From the NCBI GenBank assembly GCA_000004985.1, contig GG738845.1: a DNA stretch of 64,000 nt. One strand, given 5' to 3'. The notes under the pieces were generated by a model. It was not told the origin of the DNA. It was given only the letters and a program-made list of their open reading frames with translations, and searched no databases. The translations under genes and the position numbers were made by a program. Of the stretch, positions 42,080 through 53,037 are shown in pieces (the stretch's first letter is position 1; the number at the start of each line of letters is the position of its first letter). This stretch comes from Naegleria gruberi (lineage: Eukaryota).

Positions 42080-44068
42080 ATGGATCGTACACCCACCATA
42101 GAAGAAACAACCCATAAGGCTCAAATTTCTCTTCTTCCATCATGGCAAATTAATTTACCGTTCAATGTATTCAAGGCTGACCAAACCAAAAAGTTGAATT
42201 TTCCTCCAACCATGTTGAACGTTTTGGTAAAGAAGATAAAATTATTGATGAAAAACAAACCAATCACTGGTGTTGGTTTGATGGTGGTTATGACAATTTA
42301 CGCCATTCTTGTGGCTAGCCTTTTCCCTTCATCTTTAATCAAAGCTCATGGTTCCTTTGTTTTGGGTTTTGGTTCACTTGCACTTGGTGATGATCTTTTT
42401 AGAAGTTTCTACAAACTTTGTGTTGAAGGAGAGAAAATTATGAATAGTGGACAAATTTCTTCAAATTCAGTCTCATTGACAAATTGGTGGAATGGTTTTC
42501 AACAACTTGATGAGGGTCAAGTTTGGGTTTTGTGGTGGAAATGGGGACTATTTCACCGATCCTTTATTTTATTCCTCAATAATCTGAAACACTTAGCTTC
42601 TCCAAGCACAACTAACAGTAGCACTGTTAATAGTATTAACACGAAGAAAAGAAGAGTATTCCTGTTAGAGGGTTTTAACGCAATACTCCTTTCTTCTTTG
42701 TTTACATATACTGCTCTCAAGTATCCAGATAATAGGTTACATACTGTCATTCCAAAACAGTTACAATATTTGGGGTCATCACTTCTTTGCTGTTATGGTA
42801 TTAGTGCCATTAATCATTCATTTAATGATAATAGTAGTTGGGAGCCTCTACCTAAATGGATCGCCCTCTACCTACTAACTATTGGTTCTTACATGGGAAC
42901 ATATTGGAGCTTTGAATGTGTCTACGAATTTATTGATCTATTCCAAAATAAGAATTACTCTTCCTACACTACAACCATGCTATTCATTTGGTATCTTTCA
43001 AAGTTAGCCGTCTCATCTAGTGTTGGTGTTGTTAGTACTTTTGCTCTATTGGATAAGTTAAAGATTTGGAAGACTCTTGGTAATTATTCAGATAAGCTAT
43101 TGATTAATGCTAAAAAATATCAAAAGGAGTTCTCTGCTATTGGGTTGAGCACGGCCAAGGGTTTGGGACTTTATTCATTTGCTGCTGGCTCATATAATTT
43201 TGTTGAATCTATGAAAAAATTCATTCAACACCTTTTAAATGAAGACAATACCACACTCTCTCTTGGAATGCGTGCAAAGGAAATGGGTAAGGATGTGCTC
43301 TTCATTGCTGGAATGTATGCTGGATTTTATATTTTCAATGGAGCTCTCTGTTTTGGCTCTCCTTACACAAAGGTTCCATTTTACTTGGAAAATGAAGCTC
43401 TAAATTTAACAGTGGGTGGTGTTACATTACATAGTGTTGTTGCAGCTCTTTCTAAATTTTCCTATTTTTATAATAAGAAAATTTTGGATGAATCAACAAG
43501 CCTCTCAATTTTAGCAACTTTAGATAATGTTTTATCATATGAAAATATTGCTCTTACATTTGCAACAAGTGGTACATTTATGTATGCCAATGATTTACTT
43601 TTGAATGCATATGATAAGGTCACAAATAGTTCTAATCAAATTCGACCAGTTTTCAATCCAGTTCCTGGTGGCATTAGCTTGAGCACTAGTTTGTCAGCAG
43701 TTGCCCTCAAACATTTCTTATCTGCTGGTAGTTCTGTTTTGGGAGCAATTGGTACTCCAAATCAAAGTATTGTTTCTTCTTTGACAAGTTTGGGATTACT
43801 TTTACCCCTTTCAAAGGATTTAGTAATTGGAACATGTTCTCTTGCTGCAAGTGGGTTTGTTTTAATGAAAACATTCCCTTCTCTTAAACCACTTATTGAG
43901 AAACCTTTGCAATTCTTTGATAAAATTATTGGAAGAAGATCAAGGAAGATTCTGAGTATTTTGGGTTCTCCACAAGCTGCTTTTACACTTTTTGCCACAA
44001 TTGGAAGTTATATCATTTACAAAAAGTATATCTATGACGAAGAATTGTTTGAACAAACAGATAACTAA
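42080..44068 (+). CDS. Hypothetical multi-pass membrane protein, 662 aa, single exon.
   Basis: It is a long ORF that starts at an ATG and contains at least eight hydrophobic helices. I recognise no family signature. Confidence 0.45.
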   Translation: MDRTPTIEETTHKAQISLLPSWQINLPFNVFKADQTKKLNFPPTMLNVLVKKIKLLMKNKPITGVGLMVVMTIYAILVASLFPSSLIKAHGSFVLGFGSLALGDDLFRSFYKLCVEGEKIMNSGQISSNSVSLTNWWNGFQQLDEGQVWVLWWKWGLFHRSFILFLNNLKHLASPSTTNSSTVNSINTKKRRVFLLEGFNAILLSSLFTYTALKYPDNRLHTVIPKQLQYLGSSLLCCYGISAINHSFNDNSSWEPLPKWIALYLLTIGSYMGTYWSFECVYEFIDLFQNKNYSSYTTTMLFIWYLSKLAVSSSVGVVSTFALLDKLKIWKTLGNYSDKLLINAKKYQKEFSAIGLSTAKGLGLYSFAAGSYNFVESMKKFIQHLLNEDNTTLSLGMRAKEMGKDVLFIAGMYAGFYIFNGALCFGSPYTKVPFYLENEALNLTVGGVTLHSVVAALSKFSYFYNKKILDESTSLSILATLDNVLSYENIALTFATSGTFMYANDLLLNAYDKVTNSSNQIRPVFNPVPGGISLSTSLSAVALKHFLSAGSSVLGAIGTPNQSIVSSLTSLGLLLPLSKDLVIGTCSLAASGFVLMKTFPSLKPLIEKPLQFFDKIIGRRSRKILSILGSPQAAFTLFATIGSYIIYKKYIYDEELFEQTDN

Positions 44069-44099
44069 ATTAAAGTTTACAATGTGTATTATTAAGTTG

Positions 44100-44486
44100 C
44101 TATTTATCAAAACTATTTAAATCTTCTTGTGAATCAGATGCAGAAGAGTTATCATCAGGGTGGTCATTACTTGTAACGAATTTTGTTGATGCAATATAAC
44201 TCTTTTGTCTTTCTATTATTGTGACAATTGAAAAGACAACAATCATAATTCCAAGTAATGCACAAGTCAAGTTTGAAAATATGGATGAAACGCTCATGTT
44301 GTAATGTTCTCTATGAATAAACTGCCTGTATTTATAATATTCATGGTGCTTTGCCTGTTCCTTACAATGCAATAAGGAATTAATATCATTTCCGTTACAA
44401 TTAAAGGTTTCGGTACAATCAATTAAAGATGTGAACAAAAGGGAGGCAATTAATATTATCAAATATTGAGTCTTGTTGATGTACAT
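44100..44486 (-). CDS. Hypothetical small type-I membrane protein, 128 aa.
   Basis: The ORF has a signal peptide MYINKTQYLIILIASLLFTSLIDC. It is followed by a Cys-containing ectodomain, a transmembrane helix LGIMIVVFSIVTII and an acidic tail. Confidence 0.35.
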   Translation of the reverse strand: MYINKTQYLIILIASLLFTSLIDCTETFNCNGNDINSLLHCKEQAKHHEYYKYRQFIHREHYNMSVSSIFSNLTCALLGIMIVVFSIVTIIERQKSYIASTKFVTSNDHPDDNSSASDSQEDLNSFDK

Positions 44487-44701
44487 TATGTTGTTTTTTT
44501 TGAAAGGAAATAAAGAGAAAGAGGAAGCATTATGGATAAATTTGTTTTCAAACCAAATCGAAACTCTGCTTGTTCTTTGTGTTTGATGTTGATTTTAATT
44601 TTGACCGTTGCCAAAAATCAGTCAAAGTCCTTACTCTCGGAATATGAAAAGTGCGTGCACTACTCGGTATTTCGCAGTAAGGACAATTTTGCATGCATTC
44701 T

Positions 44702-46082
44702 TTATTGCTCGTTGTTTGGTGGTAAATTATTTTGAGTAGAAAATAAATTTACAAAACTCTTGTATAATTTTTCATTGTAAGCTTCCAATTGGTTTTCTGT
44801 TTGAGAATTGAGTTTGTGTAGAATTTCATAACATTTAGCAATTGACCTCCTAAAATCAATCATATCTTGTTCATAAAAATCTCCAATTGTTTTGTTATCG
44901 GTTATTTGTGGAGGGTTTGTGGAAATATCCTCTGGTGATGTTTCTGTAGTTGATGGTATGGATTTTTTAGCTAAAAACTCCAATTTCTCATTAATGTTGG
45001 ACAATTCGGACCAACATTCTGAAAGAGATATTTTAAAATTAGGTGTCAAACCTGACCACTCAGGGCATACACTCAATACTACATGAAATTTCACAAATAT
45101 AGTTGGCCCAGCCTTTCCTTCTTGTACCAATAAATCTTTAAGGTAAGCTCCTGAAGACATGAAAGGATAAGCCCCTGTTAATGTATTATTACCATAAGGT
45201 CCATAAACTTTTCCCGTATTTGTCTCGAATTTAATTTGCATTAAAGCCTCTCGTTGATAGCCTGATACTTTTACAATATATTCATTATCTGAAAGAAATA
45301 TTTCAACATTGTCATTTCCACCTGTGGGTGTGCCATATGTTTTTGATGTTTTGTTGCTATATGATATCTTTAAAACGACTGGGTCAACCCAAAAATAATT
45401 GAAGAAAACCTACGCTCAAATAATCAATATAAATTCCCCAACGTAGTACAATTTTTTTGATTTGGGTTGTAGGTATTACCATTCTCTTAAATATATAACT
45501 GTTTCTCGAATAATCTCCATTTTCAAGCTGTTTAACATTTCCATACTTGAACATTATAAATTTGTTAAAATAATTTTGTTTTTGTATATCAGTCAATGGA
45601 AGTAACTCTTTTTTCTGGGATGGAATTGAATTGGTGGTGGATGAAAGAGGCTGATTTTCTTGATAGATTATTGGTATGAGAATGATGTCAATTCTTTACA
45701 AACCTTTAACTTGAGTAAATTTCGAGAGCATTTCCATGAATTGATATTCCGAATAGGATCTCATAGTTTCTGGGTATGTTTCAAATAAATGATCTAAATG
45801 TTGATCAAGAGTTTCTATTGGTATTGCTACAGAAAGTGAATCATTACTACTAGTGCTCATTTGAGAACTACTAGATAGAGATCTTCTAAGTTGTGGTGAG
45901 GATGACTGAATGGAATGTATGTCCTCTCCTTCAAGGAGAGGATTAGTTGCTGAAGTATCATGAACAGAATTTCCCATGAATGATTTTAAAAACGCTCCAA
46001 ACCCTCCTTGAGCATTTGATGGAGAGGAGAAGCTTGTGGAGCTTCGGGTTCTATTGTTGTTGTTATTGTTATTCGTTGACAT
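44702..46082 (-). CDS. Jacalin-type lectin domain protein with a poly-Asn/Ser-rich N-terminus. Three exons: about 46082-45704, 45658-45414 and 45367-44702.
   Basis: Three ORF segments join through introns of 45 and 46 nt (GTTTGT..CAAG and GTAGGT..TAAAG). The domain reads ...RWGIYIDYLS|ISYSNKTSKTYGTPTGGNDNVEIFLSDNEYIVKVSGYQREALMQIKFETNTGKVYGPYGNN. This fits the jacalin beta-prism consensus (GG.G..F......I..I.G.......L.F.TN.G..yGPyG). Confidence 0.6.
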
Positions 46083-46178
46083 TTAAAAAAATTACTAGCA
46101 TCAGGCGACGAAGTATTTTTGTGGGTTGATGATCAAGATATTTTTTTGTTTTTTGTTCCAACAACATTCTATTTTATT

Positions 46179-47264
46179 TTAAACACACGACAATCCAACA
46201 TGAAATGTGTCACCCTCCTTTAACAATTTGTAGTGAATAAGATTTTTGAGAAATGGTTCATCGACTGGACAAAGATGGTTATCAGAAATAAGGAAAATCG
46301 ATTCCACTTCAACTCGCTTGAAAGTGATTGAATAGCAATTCATTGCTTCAAAACAGTTGTTCAAAATTTCTTCCTTGAAGATGGAACAACAACTTCCATT
46401 TTGGCTACAGTATTCTGATGGGAAAATATTATAGTCTAATCTTAACAAAGTAATTATGGGATCAAAGTTGTTTGTTGTGGAGTGAAATTTTAACAGTATG
46501 GAACAAGAACCATCATACGGAACAATTTCAGTGCTTTGCTTAATTTTCTTTCTTTTTAAAGTGCTGTCTGAAAATGTTCTCTTTTGAGAAGGTTTCAAGT
46601 TCTTTATCGTTCTTCCAGAACCGTCTGCAGATGGAATATACTCTCCTCTGGAATACCTCCAAACCTTGTTAAAATCTGTTGAACAAACTGGCCCAAACAT
46701 GATTGAAGTGGATGGAAAGGTTTTTTGGTATAGCTCAGCGTTTTGAGCATGAATAAAATAATTCTTTTTGAAAGACATATTCGCTCTCTTACAAATAACA
46801 CAATATCTGTTAGAAGGATCTGGAAACATGTTTCTCACCTCATGTAAACTCTCTTTAGAGGATTTAATCTTAGAGGGGAAGGTTCTGTTAGTATTATTTT
46901 GATTAACATCTTTGGTTTGGTAATTGCCAATGATAAAACAGTTGTCATTGAAAATATGCTCTGCTACCAAATTGTGATTGGCAGGACTGTTATTGTGTGA
47001 TAAACTATCGGTTGCACATGTGTCTGAAGAAAACTGTGCAAAATTGAAAGGTGCAATAACATTGTCTGACTCAACAAATTCAACAGGAAGGAATGAGTGA
47101 TATGAATCAAAATTGCAACTATTAGATAACATGATAACTTTTTTTAAGGTTGGGATAATCGAATAGACTAATCTTGTGAGTGTTCCATCACGCGAGGTCA
47201 TTGTCATGACTTCCTTATTTGTCTGGCTGCCAAAATTTGAGAAACACCCAAAAACAATAACCAA
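46179..47264 (-). CDS. Hypothetical protein of about 340-361 aa.
   Basis: It is a long ORF. The first real ATG (MTMTSRDG) is at about 47207, and the ORF-track start at 47264 is TTG. The protein is Cys/Asn-rich and shows no recognisable domain. Confidence 0.4.
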   Translation of the reverse strand: MVIVFGCFSNFGSQTNKEVMTMTSRDGTLTRLVYSIIPTLKKVIMLSNSCNFDSYHSFLPVEFVESDNVIAPFNFAQFSSDTCATDSLSHNNSPANHNLVAEHIFNDNCFIIGNYQTKDVNQNNTNRTFPSKIKSSKESLHEVRNMFPDPSNRYCVICKRANMSFKKNYFIHAQNAELYQKTFPSTSIMFGPVCSTDFNKVWRYSRGEYIPSADGSGRTIKNLKPSQKRTFSDSTLKRKKIKQSTEIVPYDGSCSILLKFHSTTNNFDPIITLLRLDYNIFPSEYCSQNGSCCSIFKEEILNNCFEAMNCYSITFKRVEVESIFLISDNHLCPVDEPFLKNLIHYKLLKEGDTFHVGLSCV

Positions 47265-47543
47265 TCATCCTAACATATGTGTGTCCAAAAAGAATAGAAG
47301 CTTACTCTCTGAATGTAATATCTCATACAACGCGGGATAGAAACGTAACTTTCAACAAGGAAAGGGTTGCTTCAATAGCTTATCATGATTTTTATTTTCA
47401 AGAAATTCCAAACTTATGTTAAAATCTTTCATAAAACATGATTAGAATAAGGAAATTGTAGACTCTTTTGACCCAACATATTAAGGTTTTGAGTGCTAAG
47501 AAGTTTAATAAAAGAATCCACCTTCAGAAACAGAATAAAATGA

Positions 47544-48899
47544 TTAGAAATTTATCATTTTAAATTTGAAAACTTTTTCTCCTCGATTTTTTCTCTGGCT
47601 TTCATGTTCTCCATTCGAAAAATCAACAAATTCATTACCCAATAAGTGTAACTGATCTGAATTTTCAGTATTACTTTGCTTTTGACTAAATTTTTCACTA
47701 TCATCAAGAGATAGTTTGTCAAACGGTAGAACCAATGGATTACTATTACTTCTCTTTCTACTTCTGATAGTTATTGAAGAAAGTGGTAATGAGGATTGGT
47801 TGCTGTTCTGAGTTAAATTGGTGCATGTGTTACTTGAACTTGTTGGAGAGAAGGATCTATTTCTACTTGGTGCATGTATTGAGTTTGACATTTTGTTCGA
47901 TTTTTTAATTTTGGGTGAGTTACTTGAAATGATTTTGTTTGCTTGGGTAGCTGCAGCTATCGAATTCCAAACTTCCTTTGCAGATATTCTTCTTGAAAGA
48001 GGATTAAAGGGATTTGGATTATGTAATGATGCTCTTTCTGAATATTGTTTGATGGATTCTTCATTTTCTATTACAAGTACAAAGTCATTCTTTGATTCAT
48101 TGCCAAGTGGTTGACTTGTAGGTGTTGATGGTGTACTTGATTTTTGATGATTTTGAGAATTAATGACTACAGTTTGGAATATACTTGTATTACCGTTGTT
48201 GAATGGTAAAGGTGAACTTTGTTTGATTAATGTATTACAATTGTTGGAATTACCACAAATATTAAAATTATTACATGAGTTATAACCTGCACCACTGTTC
48301 GTGTGAATAGCAGTACTTGAAGACGTTGTGGCAGGGTGTAGGTTATTAGTTGTAAAACTCGTTATGATATCTGTATTGTTTGGTGATAAGATTTGATTAT
48401 TGGTGTTCAAATATGAAGTGTTGCCCATCATTACAGGTGGTACACTTCTAACTCTTGAATGAGGTGCTTTACCTCTTCCATTAGAATGAGGAAATTTGTT
48501 TTGTTGCGTTATGTTTGATTGTTGTGACACTGAATCGATTGTTTGTGAACCATTTGTGGTACCATTTGAAATTGATCTATTCCTAACTATCATACTATTA
48601 TTTGTGAGTTGTGTCTGATGATAATTATTAGTACTATTACAATTACTACTTGCAAATTCTATTGTTTGTTGACTTGTTGTATGAAAATTGTCTTGTTTTG
48701 TAGAGGGTTGCGCAAACCACTCTGATATGGAAGGCAATCTTTCCTGTTGTTGTAGTTGGTTATTATTATTGTTGAAATAATTTACATGAGTCTTTTTGTT
48801 TCGAATAATAATATTATTTGGTTGAGTGGTTGGTTGTTGAAGGGGTTGTGTAGTGTTGTTGATGTTTCCAACAGTATTGTTGGTCATTGAATCGGTCAT
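47544..48899 (-). CDS. Hypothetical low-complexity, Asn/Ser/Thr/Gln-rich protein of about 450 aa.
   Basis: It is a long ORF with an ATG at about 48899, and the ORF-track start at 48920 is TTG. Homopolymeric N/S/T tracts are characteristic of regulatory or transcription-factor-like proteins. I see no defined domain. Confidence 0.4.
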   Translation of the reverse strand: MTDSMTNNTVGNINNTTQPLQQPTTQPNNIIIRNKKTHVNYFNNNNNQLQQQERLPSISEWFAQPSTKQDNFHTTSQQTIEFASSNCNSTNNYHQTQLTNNSMIVRNRSISNGTTNGSQTIDSVSQQSNITQQNKFPHSNGRGKAPHSRVRSVPPVMMGNTSYLNTNNQILSPNNTDIITSFTTNNLHPATTSSSTAIHTNSGAGYNSCNNFNICGNSNNCNTLIKQSSPLPFNNGNTSIFQTVVINSQNHQKSSTPSTPTSQPLGNESKNDFVLVIENEESIKQYSERASLHNPNPFNPLSRRISAKEVWNSIAAATQANKIISSNSPKIKKSNKMSNSIHAPSRNRSFSPTSSSNTCTNLTQNSNQSSLPLSSITIRSRKRSNSNPLVLPFDKLSLDDSEKFSQKQSNTENSDQLHLLGNEFVDFSNGEHESQRKNRGEKVFKFKMINF

Positions 48900-49061
48900 T
48901 GTATCCAACACATTACCCAATAAAAAAGAATTGTTTTTTTTTAAATTTAGTGTTATTGGTATTTATTGTATTATGTAATGATTTGTTGTGCCAGAAAGAG
49001 GTAGTGATTAACAAAAGGAGTGACGTTTTCCGAGATTTAGATTGTTTCCATCTTGACTTTT

Positions 49062-50282
49062 ATGTGGAGGACTTTTGAAACTATGAAACGATTTGGCATT
49101 TGTAATTCCAATCAAGCAGAACCATTAAAAAAAATGCACACCCTCATCTTGATAGATTTTCTTCCGGAAAATGAAAAAAAGCAATTTGATCTTAAATATT
49201 CAACATTATTAAAACAACATCAATTCAATAGAAAATTATCCATTCCTTTTTCTGGTAATTTTTTTAACGTAGCAACTCTTGGCTCAGAAGAGTCTGGTGA
49301 AAGTAATAATCATTTTAATTTACCTTTTGATATTATTAAAATTGACTCTTTCATGATGATTACAGATCAAGAAAATCAACGTATTCAAATCTATGAAAGA
49401 AATTTATATTATTTTACAATCAAAATCAAGCACAATTCAAAGTTTAAGTGTAAACCAAAAAGAATAGAGTCATCGGATGATGGTGTTTTTGTTTCGTTTG
49501 ACTTTGATGATAATTCATTATTGATTAAGCTGGACAAAAAGTTACTATTTGAAAAAATACAAAAATCTATTAAGGAAGGTATTAACATTATTAACATCAA
49601 TTTAGATGATACTCTTGATAATTTAATTATTTGGAAATCAGAATATCAATCCAATATTTTAGCATTGAAACCAATTAATTGCCAATTAGAAAAATTTGTA
49701 ATTGTTTCCACTCAAGATAACATGCATCTCATTCAATCAAATGATGGGCAATTTTTAAGAGAGGCATTTAGCGATTCAACAATTTATGATTTAACTTTAT
49801 TTAAGGTTGATGAAAAAATCAATTTATTAGCCTCTGGAAATAATTCTGTTTTTATATTTGATCAGTTATTTGAAGAAGGGTTTGAAATGAACTCTGAACT
49901 GCACTCTATTATTTATCCAAGTTCGTCCTATGGCTCTTCATTAAGTATTATTGTAAATGAGGGTTTGAATGTTAGAAATATTTGTTCTAGAGCTTTTTTA
50001 AAATCAGGCATTGTTCAACCAACAAAGAAAACAACAAAGGAAGTAATTGCACACAAACAAATAATAATAGCTGAATCAGCGAGTAGCAAGATACATATGT
50101 TTGATTTATTCTTAATGAAACAAACAAAGAATAGCTTAGAGACATTCGTATGGGATTACGAACTTGTAAAAACGTTTAGAAAAAAGCCAGTACTGAACTA
50201 CCCTACAAGCCTTTTGATAGATGAATATGGAAATTTATTTGTTGTTGACTCAAAACAACACAGAATTCAAATTTTCAGATAA
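49062..50282 (+). CDS. NHL-repeat-like beta-propeller protein of about 405 aa.
   Basis: The C-terminus YGNLFVVDSKQHRIQIFR* and the internal QENQRIQIYERN match the NHL blade motif (G.l.V.D..N.RIQ.F). The ATG is at about 49062, and the ORF-track start at 49053 is TTG. Confidence 0.45.
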   Translation: MWRTFETMKRFGICNSNQAEPLKKMHTLILIDFLPENEKKQFDLKYSTLLKQHQFNRKLSIPFSGNFFNVATLGSEESGESNNHFNLPFDIIKIDSFMMITDQENQRIQIYERNLYYFTIKIKHNSKFKCKPKRIESSDDGVFVSFDFDDNSLLIKLDKKLLFEKIQKSIKEGINIININLDDTLDNLIIWKSEYQSNILALKPINCQLEKFVIVSTQDNMHLIQSNDGQFLREAFSDSTIYDLTLFKVDEKINLLASGNNSVFIFDQLFEEGFEMNSELHSIIYPSSSYGSSLSIIVNEGLNVRNICSRAFLKSGIVQPTKKTTKEVIAHKQIIIAESASSKIHMFDLFLMKQTKNSLETFVWDYELVKTFRKKPVLNYPTSLLIDEYGNLFVVDSKQHRIQIFR

Positions 50283-50307
50283 TTAATTTCAAATAATTCT
50301 AACTTTA

Positions 50308-50877
50308 CTAGTAAACTCGAGTACCTGGTTTTACACCAAGTGTTTCCTTTGGTGCTAGTGGTGTAATTGTTTCAAAAGAAGAATCAGTGTTTTCCTCTGG
50401 TTTTTCTCTTGTTGCAAACATGATCATCCCATGAGATAGATGGTTAGCCATTGATTTTGGTTGAAGATTTTTCACTACTAAAACTTGTTGTCCAATAAAT
50501 AAATTATTTAATTCCTCAATATTATCTGTTGTGGATATGGAGGGATAATGAAGACGAATACCCGAAAGGATTTGCCTAAGATTTTCTTCTCCTATATCTA
50601 CTTTAAAACAAATTAATTTCTTTGATTTCTTAACAAATTGTGCTTCCATAATTTGTCCAACAACTATCTCAACCTTCATAAAGTCATCTATGGTAATTTC
50701 TGAAGACTTGCATTCATTTTCCGATTCAAGACTTTTTTCGTTAGAATTTTCAACTTGGTGATGAGAATTAAACTGATGAAATCCTCTTTTTGCAATATAA
50801 AAATATTTACTATTCCGACAGAAAGAACAATTAAAAGTTTTCCTTGATGATGGAGAAAATACTCTTCTCAGAAACAT
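50308..50877 (-). CDS. Stand-alone tRNA-binding (Myf/EMAP-II/Trbp111-type OB-fold) domain protein with a mitochondrial-type presequence, 189 aa.
   Basis: VVGQIMEAQFVKKSKKLICFKVDIGEENLRQILSGIRLHYP...QQVLVVKNLQPKSMANHLSHGMIMFA...KPGTRV resembles the tRNA-binding arm of MetRS, Arc1p and EMAP-II (VG.I.e.e.hpdadkLyv..vdvGe...rqIvsGl...y....l.gr.vvvv.NLkp.kmrGv.S.GMll.a). The N-terminus reads MFLRRVFSPSSRKTF. Confidence 0.6.
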   Translation of the reverse strand: MFLRRVFSPSSRKTFNCSFCRNSKYFYIAKRGFHQFNSHHQVENSNEKSLESENECKSSEITIDDFMKVEIVVGQIMEAQFVKKSKKLICFKVDIGEENLRQILSGIRLHYPSISTTDNIEELNNLFIGQQVLVVKNLQPKSMANHLSHGMIMFATREKPEENTDSSFETITPLAPKETLGVKPGTRVY

Positions 50878-50905
50878 TTTTTAAATTTTTTTTTAATATA
50901 AAATT

Positions 50906-51592
50906 TTATAAAATTTCAATTATTTCAGAAACCTCATTAGGATCTAATACTTCAGTCACATCATCATCATCACTTGAAACATCATCTATTTCAACAGGTC
51001 TTAATGGAGTGGAATCAATATAAATTATATTATTTTTTCTGTGGGTAATAGGAGTGGTAAGATTAATGAAAGATTTCTCAGGTGTGTGATGTATTTCACT
51101 TTCGTCTACAAGANNNNNNNNNNNNNNNNNNNNNNNNNNNNNNNNNNNNNNNNNNNNNNNNNNNNNNNNNTCTTCATCACTATTCTCATTTCTATAAAAT
51201 CCATTCACTAGTTCGTTGTAGTCAATTTCAAAATCTTTCTTCTTGACAGTAACTACTTTGAAGGTCTTACTCTCTTTTTTATCAAAAACTTTGAGTGAAG
51301 TGAATCTTGACCTACACACAGGACAAAGATTGGAACGTTCCTTCCACAAACAAATACACTTGTTACAAAATTGGTGTTTACAATGATTTGGTACGGCCTT
51401 TGGATAGGAAACAGTAGATAAACATATTGTACAAACTTGTTCGCTATCATCACTTGAATTTTCAGTGTTGTGAGTTTCGGAAGAGGATGGTTTTTGTTTT
51501 TTTGTTTCCGTATCCAAAGTGTTATCTGACTTTCTTTTCAATGCTATGGTTTTAACAAGTCTTTTCCTTTTAATTGGTGATGGTGAGGTCAT
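50906..51592 (-). CDS. RING-finger E3 ligase-like protein with an acidic C-terminus carrying SIM-like hydrophobic-acidic clusters. A 57-nt assembly gap lies within the CDS.
   Basis: A C3HC4 RING reads CTICLSTVSYPKAVPNHCKHQFCNKCICLWKERSNLCPVC. The tail contains IIYIDSTP, VEIDDVSSDDDD and EIIEIL. N residues at 51114-51170 interrupt the ORF, but the frame appears to be preserved. Confidence 0.5.
   Translation of the reverse strand: MTSPSPIKRKRLVKTIALKRKSDNTLDTETKKQKPSSSETHNTENSSDDSEQVCTICLSTVSYPKAVPNHCKHQFCNKCICLWKERSNLCPVCRSRFTSLKVFDKKESKTFKVVTVKKKDFEIDYNELVNGFYRNENSDEXXXXXXXXXXXXXXXXXXXXLVDESEIHHTPEKSFINLTTPITHRKNNIIYIDSTPLRPVEIDDVSSDDDDVTEVLDPNEVSEIIEIL
51114..51170. other. Assembly gap, a run of N inside the RING-finger CDS.
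   Basis: Fifty-seven consecutive n characters are present at this position. Confidence 0.99.
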
Positions 51593-51701
51593 TCCTAATT
51601 TTTCCTTCTATTTAATGAACGGATGAGTACGAAGTTTAAATGGTGAATGCAATCATTCGTTTAATACCTAATTTTTTTGCATTTTTAACGGCAAAGAAAG
51701 T

Positions 51702-51709
51702 TGGCGCCA
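51702..51709. promoter_or_regulatory. TGGCGCCA palindrome, about 110 bp upstream of the RING-finger gene ATG on the minus strand.
   Basis: The sequence is agtTGGCGCCAaaattaaa. On the minus strand it reads TTTTGGCGCCAACT. Confidence 0.3.
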
Positions 51710-51767
51710 AAATTAAAAATAGTTTTTACAAAAAGTACCATGTATTTACATTTATTTACAAAGTTTT

Positions 51768-52760
51768 CTAAGGTAAGATCTTCTTGATCATCTCTTTTTG
51801 TTGATTATCTAAAAATCGAGGGAAGACTATGGCTGGTTTAATGATTAGGTCTCCTTTTTGATCTGGATTCTTGGAAAGTGGCATACCTTCTCCAGAAACA
51901 GTTTTAGAATATCCTGGGTTTACAATGTCATTAATAGGTATTCTTAGTGTCCTATCATCTAATGTTTTAACTTCTATTACAGTGCCTGAAAGTGCTTCTT
52001 TCAGGGATACATTAGGAGTGTAAATAAGATTATTTCCTTCCCTTTGAAAAGTATTATGAGGTTGTTCATCAATTTCGAATACTACATCTGCAGCAATAAT
52101 ACCTGGAGCTTGATCTCCCTCGTTTTCAAATCTTATTTTTGTTCCCTTCTTAAATCCTTTTTTGATTGGAAAAGTTAAAATCTTTGATTCTTTTCTTGTT
52201 GTTTGCCCATCTGGGTTTAGAACTTGTTTTGTAATCTTTATCCTCTTTGTTTTTCCTTTGTATAAATCCTCTAGGGAACAAACAACTTTTTGAACAACAT
52301 CTGGAGCCTTTCTTGGTCCTCTTTGTTGAGTACTCTTAAAGAATGATCCTGGTCCAAATCCAAAGGATGAAAATGAGTCATCACCATCATCAAATCCTCC
52401 ACTAAACATTGAATCGAAAGGGCTTCTTGCCCCAAAGAATTGTTTGAAAATATCTTCAGGGTTTGTAGCATGGAAAGTATAGGAACCTCCACCTCCACCA
52501 AATCCGGCACCACTTCCACTTGTTGGAATTCCTCCCTTTAGGCCTTCTTCCCCATATTGATCATAGATTGCTCTCTTATTACTGTCACTTAATATTTCAT
52601 AAGCTTCAGCAATTTCCTTAAATTTTTCTTCGGCCATTTGCTTGTTGTCAGGATTTCTATCGGGATGCCATTTTAATGCAAGTTTACGATAGGCAGATTT
52701 TAATTCCTTCTCATCGGCACTTCTAGAAACCCCAAGTATTGAGTAATAATCTTTTCCCAT
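51768..52760 (-). CDS. DnaJ/Hsp40 homologue, subfamily B (Sis1/DNAJB1-like), 330 aa.
   Basis: The J-domain reads [40 protein letters not shown] and contains the HPD motif. It is followed by a Gly/Phe-rich linker and then C-terminal substrate-binding domains. There is no Cys-rich zinc finger, which indicates type II. Confidence 0.85.
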   Translation of the reverse strand: MGKDYYSILGVSRSADEKELKSAYRKLALKWHPDRNPDNKQMAEEKFKEIAEAYEILSDSNKRAIYDQYGEEGLKGGIPTSGSGAGFGGGGGSYTFHATNPEDIFKQFFGARSPFDSMFSGGFDDGDDSFSSFGFGPGSFFKSTQQRGPRKAPDVVQKVVCSLEDLYKGKTKRIKITKQVLNPDGQTTRKESKILTFPIKKGFKKGTKIRFENEGDQAPGIIAADVVFEIDEQPHNTFQREGNNLIYTPNVSLKEALSGTVIEVKTLDDRTLRIPINDIVNPGYSKTVSGEGMPLSKNPDQKGDLIIKPAIVFPRFLDNQQKEMIKKILP

Positions 52761-52814
52761 CTCTAATTCAAGACAGTAAATGTATGGTCGTTTTTTTTGA
52801 TGTTATTATTAAAA

Positions 52815-52823
52815 GAGCGCCAA
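52815..52823. promoter_or_regulatory. GAGCGCCAA half-site variant in the divergent DnaJ/NIPBL promoter region.
   Basis: The sequence is aaaaGAGCGCCAAtatc. On the minus strand it reads TTGGCGCTC. Confidence 0.2.
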
Positions 52824-53037
52824 TATCTTGATGTTGTAAGTAGACGTGATGATTAAGAACTGTTTGAGCACTTTTTTTGTCTTTGTCATTCGGAATGATA
52901 GACGTTTTTAAAAAAAAATTTATTTTCAATTTTATTCCGAACCAAAAATTATTCCGATGCTATCGTGGAAACAAAATCCTTTACCCGCCAAATCTTGTTC
53001 TTGTTGGTGAAAGAAGTGCAAAATAAAAATTAAAAAA

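Noticed and set aside
45696-46082. The poly-Asn run (NNNNNNN) and the Ser-rich N-terminus of the jacalin gene could be read as a separate gene, or as a tandem DNA repeat of regulatory significance.
   Set aside because: The frame joins to the jacalin exons through a canonical 45-nt intron. Homopolymeric Asn and Ser tracts are a general feature of proteins in this genome, and others occur at 17763, 1022 and 47544.
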